A DNA stretch of 64,000 nucleotides from IMG/VR virus record IMGVR_UViG_3300047321_000238, positions 124,001-188,000 of that record. The stretch is one strand, 5' to 3'. Under the pieces are notes generated by a model that saw nothing but the letters and a program-made list of their open reading frames with translations, searched no databases and was not told the DNA's origin. Shown here one piece after another: positions 19,913-28,744 of this stretch. Each line of letters begins with the position of its first letter. The stretch's first letter is position 1. A program made the position numbers and the translations under genes.

Positions 19913-20320
19913 ATGTCACATTTAACACAATTCAGCAATAACTCATTGGTAAACACTAACAAGGACAGATTAGAAAAGTCTTTAAAGGAAATTGGTGTAA
20001 CTTTAGATTACAACAACAGAACTATAAAGAACCAATGGATTGAAGACACAGTAGACGCTGCTTTCATCGTAGATGGAAAAAGAATCGCTGCAGGAATTAA
20101 CTTTAAAATGGTTGATGGAAAAGAAACTGTTGAAGTTAATGGAGATTTTTATGGTACAGGCTTGAACCAAAAAACATTGACTAACCAAATCGCTCAAGTG
20201 TACCAAAAGAATGACGTTATAGCAAAATGCAAATCTCAAAGATGGTTTATAGATAATGAAAAAGATATCAAAGCAAATGAAAACGGAGATATAGTTATTC
20301 AAGCGTATAGATACGTTTAA
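19913..20320 (+). CDS. DUF1257 (Ycf35-like) protein
   Basis: MSH start, L..SL.EIG, GDFYG, QIAQVY pattern; adjacent to Ycf46-like ATPase. Confidence 0.7.
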   Translation: MSHLTQFSNNSLVNTNKDRLEKSLKEIGVTLDYNNRTIKNQWIEDTVDAAFIVDGKRIAAGINFKMVDGKETVEVNGDFYGTGLNQKTLTNQIAQVYQKNDVIAKCKSQRWFIDNEKDIKANENGDIVIQAYRYV

Positions 20321-20328
20321 GAGAGGAT

Positions 20329-20350
20329 GGGCTCGCAAGGGCCCCTTTTT
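20329..20350 (+). terminator. Rho-independent terminator
   Basis: GGGCTC-GCAA-GGGCCC then TTTTT. Confidence 0.7.
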
Positions 20351-20353
20351 ATT

Positions 20354-20878
20354 ATGGAAATATTAAATTATATAAATGCTAACAAGCATGAATTCAATGA
20401 AGATTATATGAAGAACAATGCAATTCATAAATCATTAGAAGAATTAAAAGAGTATCTAAAATTACACGCTACATTCTTAAGTAGACCTATATATTGTATA
20501 TATGAATGCTATGATCCAGAAGAAGAAGATGGTTGTTATATAAATATAAATTATTTAACTAATCATGCAGAAGGCCATTTGACAGATGATTATGAAACTG
20601 ATGCAGAAAATAATTTCTTTAATAGCTTACCATGCATAGATGAAGTAACAGAATCAACTTTTGGAATGCAAGGTTTATATAAAAATAAAGACAGAGAACA
20701 TATGACTGTAGATAGTAGAGGTCAAATTACGTATATAGATGTTGACTACTATGAACTTACAAAGAAAGAAGAAATCTGGTATCTTAAAAAGGTTATAAAA
20801 ATACTTTGCGAGTATCCAGCATTTCAAGTGTTAGAATCTCCATGGCATGAAGAAGAACATGAATATGATGATGATTAG
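20354..20878 (+). CDS. Acidic hypothetical protein with MEIL N-terminal tag (MEILNYI)
   Basis: ATG 20354 in frame with track ORF 20327; start chosen by the shared tag; no SD. Confidence 0.7.
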   Translation: MEILNYINANKHEFNEDYMKNNAIHKSLEELKEYLKLHATFLSRPIYCIYECYDPEEEDGCYININYLTNHAEGHLTDDYETDAENNFFNSLPCIDEVTESTFGMQGLYKNKDREHMTVDSRGQITYIDVDYYELTKKEEIWYLKKVIKILCEYPAFQVLESPWHEEEHEYDDD

Positions 20879-20912
20879 AAATTAATATAAAAATTTAGAG
20901 GAGGAAACAATA

Positions 20913-21122
20913 ATGGCACAAGATGAAAAACAAGTAGTAGAAATAACAATAAAGAAGGATGGTTCTTTTAGCTTTGAAGCAAAAGAAGGATTCCAAGGTG
21001 AAAGCTGCAGAAACCAAACTAAACAATTAGAAATGGTGTTAGGTGGAGATGCTACAGGAACTACAAATACTAAAGACTATTATGATGGTGGCGGAGACGT
21101 AAACATTAATCTTAAATTATAG
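20913..21122 (+). CDS. DUF2997 protein
   Basis: VEITIKKDG...GFQGESC...T..LE..LG pattern; SD GAGGAGG. Confidence 0.75.
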   Translation: MAQDEKQVVEITIKKDGSFSFEAKEGFQGESCRNQTKQLEMVLGGDATGTTNTKDYYDGGGDVNINLKL

Positions 21123-21131
21123 GAGGATTAC

Positions 21132-21500
21132 ATGGGAGATATAAACGAACTTCAAGAAATTAAATTAATGGTTAAAGTTGATACTTATAAAGCTTTAACA
21201 AATCATATCCATAATGAGCTTAAAATTTCTAAAGAAGATATTGCTAAAATGATTGATGATTCAATGATTAGAATAATGGAAAAAAGACTTATAGATAGTC
21301 GCGTATTTGAAAGAAGCGTTGATGATGTAGTTAAAAGATCTATAGCAAAATTAGTATCATCATCTACTTGGAATTTAGAATCTAGTATAAATACTGCTAT
21401 CCAAAGAGCAATAGGTGAGCAAATTATGAATACAGTTCGTGATCAATTAAAAGGTATAAGTATAACGCCAAGTAACATATCTAAAACTGAACAAGTATAA
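21132..21500 (+). CDS. Hypothetical protein
   Basis: SD AGGAGG. Confidence 0.7.
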   Translation: MGDINELQEIKLMVKVDTYKALTNHIHNELKISKEDIAKMIDDSMIRIMEKRLIDSRVFERSVDDVVKRSIAKLVSSSTWNLESSINTAIQRAIGEQIMNTVRDQLKGISITPSNISKTEQV

Positions 21501-21518
21501 CGAAAGAGGTGATGTAAA

Positions 21519-21875
21519 GTGATACAAGATGAATATATAAGAAAAGGTCACGTATTTAACGTAGTAGATGGAGACACTATAGATGTTGATATGGATTTGG
21601 GTTTTTATACAACTATAAAACAAAGATTTAGACTTCTTAGAATTAATTGTCCTGAAAAATTTGGAGTAACAAAAGAAGAAGGACTTAAAGCTAAAGCATT
21701 TACTACAGAGAAACTAATAGATAAAACTATAGTATTCAAATCAGTAAAGACAGATAGCTTTAAAAGATGGCTTGCAGAAGTTTGGTATACAGATGCTGCA
21801 GGTAATGAAATTAATATATCTGATGAATTACTTGCAGAAGGATTAGCTGTTGAATATATGATAGATAAAGCTTAA
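21519..21875 (+). CDS. Thermonuclease (SNase-like) family protein
   Basis: VVDGDTI, RFRLLRINCPE, D.F.RWLA, ISDELLAEGLA. Confidence 0.85.
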   Translation: MIQDEYIRKGHVFNVVDGDTIDVDMDLGFYTTIKQRFRLLRINCPEKFGVTKEEGLKAKAFTTEKLIDKTIVFKSVKTDSFKRWLAEVWYTDAAGNEINISDELLAEGLAVEYMIDKA

Positions 21876-21897
21876 ATTTTATTTGAGGTGAACTATA

Positions 21898-21981
21898 ATG
21901 AAAAAAGAAGAACCAAAACTTGTATTATTCGATCACGTTATTACAGCTAAAGATTTTGGATGGTGCAAAAGAGAAAGGTAA
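21898..21981 (+). CDS. Possible 27-aa peptide
   Basis: SD GAGGTG; fills the gap before pcrA. Confidence 0.35.
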   Translation: MKKEEPKLVLFDHVITAKDFGWCKRER

Positions 21982-21993
21982 GGTGTTCGCTAA

Positions 21994-23922
21994 ATGGACG
22001 TAACTAAACAAGATATACTGGATGGACTGAATAATGAACAACAGTTGCCAGTAGCTGATTATCTAGGTGCTCAATTTATAGTTGCTGGACCAGGATCAGG
22101 TAAGACGCATGTTATAGTTAGTAGAACACAATATATGATATTAGACGGATTAAATCCGTCTAATTTTCTTATATTTACATTTACTAATAAAGCTGCAAAA
22201 GAAATAAAGAAGAGAATTGCAAATGCAATAGGAGAAGATTTAGCATCTAGAATAACTATGGGAACATATCATAGTTTCTGTTGCAGAATGCTTAGACAAT
22301 ACGTAAGCAAAGATGAAGATAATTTTATATTAGGGTTTGATAGAAATTTTTCTATATTCGATATGGATGATTCTAAGAAGGTTAGAAATAAAGTTAAAGA
22401 TGATACTATTGATGAAAGAAAATTAGCTGACTATATAAGTAAGAAAAAACATAAGATGATATCTCCGAGCGAAGCTATGAAGAACATTGACGATCCATAT
22501 GCTAAATTCTATGATTTATATCAAGATGAGTTATATAATCAAAATGCAATGGACTTTGATGATTTAATATTTAATTGTATTAGGTTGCTAGAAATGTATC
22601 CTAATATAAAAGAAAAGATAAATAATAAATATAAGTATATTAGTAGTGATGAATATCATGATAGTAGTTCTGCAGATATAAGATTAATTCAATTACTTTC
22701 AGGTGAAGATTGCAATGTTTGTTTTATCTTAGATGATAACCAAAGTATATATTCTTTTAGAGGAGCAGACTTACAAGCAGTGTTAAATATAAGAAACTTA
22801 TTTCCTGAACTTAAGACATTCTTCTTAAATCAAAATTATAGAAGCACCAACATGATAGTTAATGCTAGTAAGAGTTTAATCAAAAAGAATGCTAACCAAA
22901 TAGAAAAAGAAATCTTTACAGAAAATGTTGAAGGTGATCCTGTCATATATATTCAAGAAGCTGATCCAAGTTATGAAGCTTTAAGAGTTGTTAAGACAAT
23001 TGCATTGGTTAAGAAAAAATATGGATATAGTTATAATGATATAGCTGTACTATATAGAACTAGTGCTCAATCAAGAGCTGTTGAAGAAATGCTATTAAAA
23101 TATGATATGCCTTACGAGGTATTAAGTGGAGTGAATTTCTTTGAAAGAAAAGAAATAAAAGATATAGTTTCACTTATTTGTGTCGTATCTAATAGATTTA
23201 ATGTAGAAAGATTCACTAGAGTAGTTAATATACCTAAACGTGGTATAGGCCCAAAGACTATAGAGAAAATCATTGATGAATCAAGAAGTGATTTAATTCA
23301 TTCAGATTTAATCACTGCATGTAAAGATGTATTGGACAAACCATCTAAAGAAGGTGGACTAACTGGTAAAGCTAAAGAAGGAATAGCTCAATTCGTTGAG
23401 TTAATAGATAATATAAGAAATGTAATGGACGATTTAACATTGCCAGAACTATTAGCTTATGTTATTAAAGAAACTAACTATTATGAATATCTTCAAGCAG
23501 ACGATCCAGAAAAATATGAAGATAGGATGGGTAATATAGTTGAATTAGTTCAATTATCTTATACGTATGGTAGTTTAGAAGAATTCCTAGAAAAAGCATG
23601 CCTTGATAGAAAAACCAACGAAGAGGAAGAAGACAGAGTCCAATTACTAACTATGCATATGAGTAAAGGATTAGAATGGAAATGTGTTTTCATAATTGGT
23701 GCAAATGAAGGAACGTGTCCTCACGCAAGATCATTAGCTTTTGAATCGGCATTAGAAGAGGAACGTAGATTGTTCTATGTTGCGATGACGAGGGCCGAGA
23801 AGAACTTATTTATATTAAGACCAAAGAGAGTAATGTTTAATGGATTCTTCACAACAGCAAGGCCATCAAGATTTATTTCTGAGATCAATTCTAAATATTT
23901 ATATAAAAACGAAAGTAAGTAA
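21994..23922 (+). CDS. pcrA: UvrD/PcrA-family SF1 helicase
   Basis: AGPGSGKT, FTFTNKAA, DEYHD, QSIYSFRGA, QNYRS, LLTMHMSKGLEW, EERRLFYVAMTRA. Confidence 0.92.
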   Translation: MDVTKQDILDGLNNEQQLPVADYLGAQFIVAGPGSGKTHVIVSRTQYMILDGLNPSNFLIFTFTNKAAKEIKKRIANAIGEDLASRITMGTYHSFCCRMLRQYVSKDEDNFILGFDRNFSIFDMDDSKKVRNKVKDDTIDERKLADYISKKKHKMISPSEAMKNIDDPYAKFYDLYQDELYNQNAMDFDDLIFNCIRLLEMYPNIKEKINNKYKYISSDEYHDSSSADIRLIQLLSGEDCNVCFILDDNQSIYSFRGADLQAVLNIRNLFPELKTFFLNQNYRSTNMIVNASKSLIKKNANQIEKEIFTENVEGDPVIYIQEADPSYEALRVVKTIALVKKKYGYSYNDIAVLYRTSAQSRAVEEMLLKYDMPYEVLSGVNFFERKEIKDIVSLICVVSNRFNVERFTRVVNIPKRGIGPKTIEKIIDESRSDLIHSDLITACKDVLDKPSKEGGLTGKAKEGIAQFVELIDNIRNVMDDLTLPELLAYVIKETNYYEYLQADDPEKYEDRMGNIVELVQLSYTYGSLEEFLEKACLDRKTNEEEEDRVQLLTMHMSKGLEWKCVFIIGANEGTCPHARSLAFESALEEERRLFYVAMTRAEKNLFILRPKRVMFNGFFTTARPSRFISEINSKYLYKNESK

Positions 23923-23963
23923 TATATAGTTGCTAGATACATTTGCATAGAATGGAGAATTTT

Positions 23964-24260
23964 ATGAAAAATCATAGATTGAACCTTTTATTGCAACAAA
24001 TATTCTTTAAAGGAGACGTGCTAAGTTTCGATGAACTATATGCTTACAAAGAAAAATATGTAGAAGATCACATTCGCGGTATCTATACTTATGTTGTAGA
24101 TAAAACTTTGAATTCGATTGATGATATCATACAGGAATCATGGCTTAATATTTGGTTAATATCAAATAAAGGTTATGTCAATGTTGAATCAGAAGAAGAT
24201 TTTAATAGTTATTTGAAAGGTATAATTACGGATACCGTAATACAAATCAATAATAATTAA
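23964..24260 (+). CDS. Small protein resembling an isolated sigma-70 region 2
   Basis: IDDIIQESWLNIW...FNSYLKGII resembles ECF region 2. Confidence 0.45.
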   Translation: MKNHRLNLLLQQIFFKGDVLSFDELYAYKEKYVEDHIRGIYTYVVDKTLNSIDDIIQESWLNIWLISNKGYVNVESEEDFNSYLKGIITDTVIQINNN

Positions 24261-24272
24261 GGAGTTGGCATT

Positions 24273-26102
24273 TTGATAAAAATAAAATTTTTAGATAACA
24301 ATATGTTTCTTGTTAAGTTTAACGGAAATATAGCTGGCTTTGATAATTATATCAATGTTATTACATCTAAACTTATTTATTGTGCAAAACCCAACAAAGA
24401 TAAATTAGGAGGATGGATATTTCATCACAGTAAGCTACAAGAAGTACTTAGTTATTTCAAAGATGTAGTTTATGATAATGAATACATACCTCCTATTTAT
24501 TTTAATATGGGTAAAGACATGAAACTACAGCCATATGAATATCAAAAAGAAGCTATATATTTTGCACTTCAAAATAGAGAAGCATTAATGGTATTGCCTT
24601 GTGGAAGTGGAAAAACACCAATAGCAATAGGTATTTATCTTGAAGCTATTAATAATAGTGTTATTAATAGTCAAGGATTGATTGTAGTAAAAGCTTCTTT
24701 AAAAACTCAATGGAAGAAAGAAGTTGAAAAGTTTTCTGACTTAAATGCAACTATAATACAAACTTATGCAGATAGATGTTCTAAATGGACTTCTAAGATA
24801 AAGAAGTTAGAAAAAAAATTAAAGAAACTTGATATAATCAAAGACGTAGAACAAAGGAAGTTACTTATAGCAGAAATAGCTGAACAAAATGAAGCGGCTA
24901 TAGAATCTTTCAATGCTCAATTTGATGCAGGAGATTTATTAATAGCTAATTATGAAACTTTATTAGATGAGAAAGTTTTAGAAAAAATGATTTCAAAGAA
25001 AATAGAATGTATTATATGCGATGAAATTCATTATGCTAAGACTCATTCTGCAGAAAGATCTAAAGCATTATATAAACTTAATGATGCTATAATTAAAATA
25101 GGAGCAACCGCAACTCCAATTACTAAAGATCCGAGAGACGTATATGGTATTTATAAATTTGTAAAGCCAGAACTACTTGGAGCTGTTGGTAAATTTGAAA
25201 AGAGATATGTTAGTTATGCTGGTTACGGCAGAGTAAATGGATTCAAAAATATAGATGAATTAAAAGATATAATTAGTGATAATATATTTGTTAAAACAAA
25301 AAGAGAAATAGCAGATCAATTACCAAAGCTTACAACATGGCCAATATATATTGATTTAACACCAGAACAAGTCATTAAACATGATGAGATGATGGCTGAA
25401 CTTGAAGAACTTAATACAAAAGATTTTCAAATCAGAAGTAAATGTAAATCAGAAGGTGAAGCAATGCTTAATACTGAATTACAACAAATCAATGGTAAGA
25501 TTATGGCACTGCAAACATTTGCTCAAGAGTTAACAGATAGTCCGTATCTTTTATCAACTTCAGATTCAGAATACTCACAAAGTCATGCAGATGGATTAAA
25601 CTTTCATTTAAATCCTAAATTAGATATGTGTCTTGAACTTATTGACCAAATACTTGAGTCAGAAGAAAAGGTATGTATATTTTCTAAGTTCGAAAGAATG
25701 CAACGTATACTAACTGAAGCTATTGATAAAAAGTATAACAAGAAAAACTCTAATGTAAAGATAGCATATATAAATGGAACATTATCTTCAGACCAACGAT
25801 ATATAGAAGCATATGATAAATTTAGAGATACAGATGAATATAAGATTTTATTATGTTCTGATGCAGGAGCTGAAGGATTAAACCTAAGTGAATGTAAGTA
25901 TCTAATTGAATATGACTTAGCTACATCTTACGCAATACAAACGCAAAGACAAGGTAGACTTGAAAGAGCAGATAGTATTCATAAGAATGTTATAGTATAT
26001 CAACTTATTGGTAACGATAGTTGGGATATCATACAAGAGAAGATAATTAAGAAAAAAGAAGGATTTGATTCAGACATTATAAAAAGTCTTGCCAAGAATT
26101 AA
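24273..26102 (+). CDS. SNF2-like SF2 helicase
   Basis: QPYEYQ, PCGSGKT, CDEIH, ATATP, DAGAEGLNL, QRQGRLER. Confidence 0.88.
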   Translation: MIKIKFLDNNMFLVKFNGNIAGFDNYINVITSKLIYCAKPNKDKLGGWIFHHSKLQEVLSYFKDVVYDNEYIPPIYFNMGKDMKLQPYEYQKEAIYFALQNREALMVLPCGSGKTPIAIGIYLEAINNSVINSQGLIVVKASLKTQWKKEVEKFSDLNATIIQTYADRCSKWTSKIKKLEKKLKKLDIIKDVEQRKLLIAEIAEQNEAAIESFNAQFDAGDLLIANYETLLDEKVLEKMISKKIECIICDEIHYAKTHSAERSKALYKLNDAIIKIGATATPITKDPRDVYGIYKFVKPELLGAVGKFEKRYVSYAGYGRVNGFKNIDELKDIISDNIFVKTKREIADQLPKLTTWPIYIDLTPEQVIKHDEMMAELEELNTKDFQIRSKCKSEGEAMLNTELQQINGKIMALQTFAQELTDSPYLLSTSDSEYSQSHADGLNFHLNPKLDMCLELIDQILESEEKVCIFSKFERMQRILTEAIDKKYNKKNSNVKIAYINGTLSSDQRYIEAYDKFRDTDEYKILLCSDAGAEGLNLSECKYLIEYDLATSYAIQTQRQGRLERADSIHKNVIVYQLIGNDSWDIIQEKIIKKKEGFDSDIIKSLAKN

Positions 26103-26168
26103 ATAAAGTGGTAATATGATTTTGTAATGGCGGACCATTTAATTGATAGTTAAAAATGTCCTTTCATT

Positions 26169-26214
26169 AATTAAAAAAGAAGATATGGAGAGATCTGTAT
26201 CTTCTTTTTTAATT
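26169..26214. terminator. Bidirectional terminator
   Basis: Perfect 17-bp inverted repeat AATTAAAAAAGAAGATA / TATCTTCTTTTTTAATT, extendable to a GAGA loop. Confidence 0.8.
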
Positions 26215-26275
26215 ATATTGAAATAATATAATTTATGATGAAAAATAATAAAATAAAAAACAGGGGGAATTAACA

Positions 26276-27214
26276 ATGAAAAGAAGAGAATTTAAAACTA
26301 AGGACACAAGAGCAACTATTATGGAGTACGCGAAGGAATTGGAAGACCAAATCATCGCAGGCCAAGAAGGGAAGTTCGATCCTATCGCAGTAAAAGAAGT
26401 TGAAAGAAAGAAGGAAGTAGTAGTGAAGGCAGAAAAACTTATTGGAAGAGATATCGTTAGTGAAACAATCAAAAATGAGTATACAGCATTAGAAGAAAGA
26501 ATTGCTGATATGAAAGCTGAAATTACTGAACTTACTACTATTGAAGTAAGCGTTAATACATTAGCTGTATTAGTAGAAGCTAATAATGTTGAAATTGCTG
26601 CAGCAAAAGCTGAAAAAGATGAAATCATTGCTACAAAGAAACAAGAATTAGCAGATCTTGAAGCAGACTATATAGCTAGAAAAAACAAACTTATAGCTGA
26701 TGAAAATGCTAAGATTGCTGAATTAAAGCAAACAAGAGAAAGAGAAAAAGCTGAACATGATTATGACAAAGAAAGAAATGAAAAGCTAGAAAATGATACT
26801 TGGGCTGATACAAAAGCTACAAGAGAAAAAGTTTTAGCAGATAAAGAAGATGCAGTTACAGAAAGAGAATTAACTTGTAAAGAAATTGAAGAAGTAAATT
26901 TTGACTTAAGATCAGCAGTAGATGCAATTCCAGCTACAATAGCTCAAGCTAAAACTGATGCTGAAACAGCTGCAAATGCTCAAGCAACTAAGATATTCGC
27001 TATTAAAGAAGCTGCAATGAAGAAAGAAGTAGAATTCAATCTTAAAATGAAAGAAGCAGAATTAACTAATGCTAATGCATTAAATGCTAAGTTAGAAACT
27101 GAAGTTGCTACATTAAATGCTAAATTAGAATCTGCTTATGTTCAAATGAATGAACTTGCTACTAAAACAGTACAAGCTGCTCAACCAGTTTACATGAATA
27201 AAGAATCTAAGTAA
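26276..27214 (+). CDS. Long coiled-coil protein
   Basis: E/K/A-rich heptad pattern throughout; SD AGGGGG. Confidence 0.8.
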   Translation: MKRREFKTKDTRATIMEYAKELEDQIIAGQEGKFDPIAVKEVERKKEVVVKAEKLIGRDIVSETIKNEYTALEERIADMKAEITELTTIEVSVNTLAVLVEANNVEIAAAKAEKDEIIATKKQELADLEADYIARKNKLIADENAKIAELKQTREREKAEHDYDKERNEKLENDTWADTKATREKVLADKEDAVTERELTCKEIEEVNFDLRSAVDAIPATIAQAKTDAETAANAQATKIFAIKEAAMKKEVEFNLKMKEAELTNANALNAKLETEVATLNAKLESAYVQMNELATKTVQAAQPVYMNKESK

Positions 27215-27220
27215 TTAGAA

Positions 27221-27246
27221 GAGGGCCTTGTGCTCTCTTTTTTTTT
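27221..27246 (+). terminator. Rho-independent terminator
   Basis: GAGGGC-5-GCTCTC plus long T-tract. Confidence 0.7.
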
Positions 27247-27269
27247 ATTGTAAACTATAGGGGGATATT

Positions 27270-27431
27270 ATGGGGAGAGCTTTAAGTAAGTCTGAATTTA
27301 TGGCCTTAGTTATAAATGACTATTACGAAAAAAGATATGCAAAAAGACAACAAGAAAAAGCTGCATCAGGAGTTCTTATAGAACGAATGGTTAGCGAGAG
27401 AAATAAAAGAAATAGGAAAAGAGGTTTTTAA
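27270..27431 (+). CDS. Small basic protein (53 aa, below track cut-off)
   Basis: SD AGGGGG; MGRALSKSEF...RKRGF; stop 1 nt before the next start. Confidence 0.6.
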   Translation: MGRALSKSEFMALVINDYYEKRYAKRQQEKAASGVLIERMVSERNKRNRKRGF

Positions 27432-27432
27432 T

Positions 27433-28020
27433 GTGAGTGAAGGCTTATCATTAATGGACGAATTAAAAGAATCAATTATGGAAGATGAGGCCAAACAATT
27501 AGGTCTTGTTGATCATGATTTAGATGACAGTTATCGTATCTTAGATGTAAGTGGAGCGAATTTCTTTCTAAAGAGATTAGAAGAATTAACAGCCGAAGAA
27601 ACAGAAATAAATAGTATGTGTGATGATGAAGTTGAGAAGTATACTGAAAGAGTAAATAAATTTAGAGACGAAAAGCTAAAAACTATTTTGAACACTAAAG
27701 CATATTTCAAGAAATTACTTGAAAGATATGCAGAGGGCGAATTAAGTGGAAGCAATAAAAAGTCTATTAAGTTGCCTTTTGGTACATTACAGTTCAGAAA
27801 AGTAGCATCACAATATTCTTATGAAGATGAGAAGTTATTGAAGTATCTAAAAGATAATAAGCTAACTACTTATATTTCTATAAAGGAAACTCCAAACAAA
27901 GCAGAACTGAAAAAGGCTGCTGACGCAAGAGACGGAAAATTATACATCGAAGACAAAGAGGTAGACGGAGTTATAGTAAGTGACGGATCTACTAGTTTTG
28001 ATGTAAAGTTAAATCAATAA
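27433..28020 (+). CDS. Mu Gam-like host-nuclease inhibitor / DNA end-binding protein
   Basis: Helical N-terminal half, KKSIKLPFGTLQFRK, KETPNKAELKK. Confidence 0.7.
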   Translation: MSEGLSLMDELKESIMEDEAKQLGLVDHDLDDSYRILDVSGANFFLKRLEELTAEETEINSMCDDEVEKYTERVNKFRDEKLKTILNTKAYFKKLLERYAEGELSGSNKKSIKLPFGTLQFRKVASQYSYEDEKLLKYLKDNKLTTYISIKETPNKAELKKAADARDGKLYIEDKEVDGVIVSDGSTSFDVKLNQ

Positions 28021-28047
28021 TTAATAAGTCGCTTCTGATAAGTAATA
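28021..28047 (+). promoter_or_regulatory. Candidate phage-sigma (late) promoter
   Basis: TTAAT-15 bp-AGTAATA; same motif at 28672 and 57022. Confidence 0.45.
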
Positions 28048-28069
28048 TACTTTGAAAGGAGTGATTTTT

Positions 28070-28642
28070 TTGAGTAAGATAACAGATAATGATCAAATAG
28101 TATTAAAAGATGGATGGAATCAAGATGTTAATGGGTGGTTTTATGTAACAGACGTTGCTAATAAGAAATATTATACTCTTACAGACGGATGGCAAAAAAT
28201 CAAAGATTCTTGGTCTATATTTAATGATTCAGGATATGCTTATCAAAATGAATGGTATAAAGATTCTTCTGGATTGTCGTACTTCTTAGATAATGATTGT
28301 AAGATGATTATGTCTACTTGGGTATTGGTGGCTGATTCAGATATATGGTATTATATAAATGATAATGGTCAAATGTTAGTTAGTAAATGGTTTTCATACA
28401 AAGATAAGTGGTATTACCTAAAAGAAACAGGTGAAATGGCTGCAACAGATTGGGTTAAAGATAATGACAAATGGTATTATCTTAACGAGAATGGTGATAT
28501 GGCTGTTAAGCAATGGGTAGAACACAATAATAGCACATATTACTTCGATGAAAATGGAGTAATGGTGTCTGACAAAACTCTTGATATTGATGGTAAGACA
28601 TACAAGTTTGATAATAATGGAGTGTCATCGTTGGAATCATAG
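28070..28642 (+). CDS. Cell-wall/choline-binding repeat protein without catalytic domain
   Basis: Repeated W..KDKWYYL..TGEMA units; SD AAGGAG favours TTG 28070. Confidence 0.8.
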   Translation: MSKITDNDQIVLKDGWNQDVNGWFYVTDVANKKYYTLTDGWQKIKDSWSIFNDSGYAYQNEWYKDSSGLSYFLDNDCKMIMSTWVLVADSDIWYYINDNGQMLVSKWFSYKDKWYYLKETGEMAATDWVKDNDKWYYLNENGDMAVKQWVEHNNSTYYFDENGVMVSDKTLDIDGKTYKFDNNGVSSLES

Positions 28643-28671
28643 TGTTTATGAAAATTTAATACTTCAAAACA

Positions 28672-28698
28672 TTAATAGCTAACTTCGAAAAGGTAATA
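28672..28698 (+). promoter_or_regulatory. Candidate phage-sigma (late) promoter
   Basis: TTAAT-15 bp-GGTAATA upstream of the endolysin. Confidence 0.45.
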
Positions 28699-28744
28699 AA
28701 ATCTAGAAGTGTTTTATTACTAAATAGGAGAGAGGTGAAATTAA

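Noticed and set aside
26109-26117. Additional copy of the late promoter (GGTAATA at 26110)
   Set aside because: No TTAAT-like element 15 bp upstream, and it is followed by a terminator rather than a gene.
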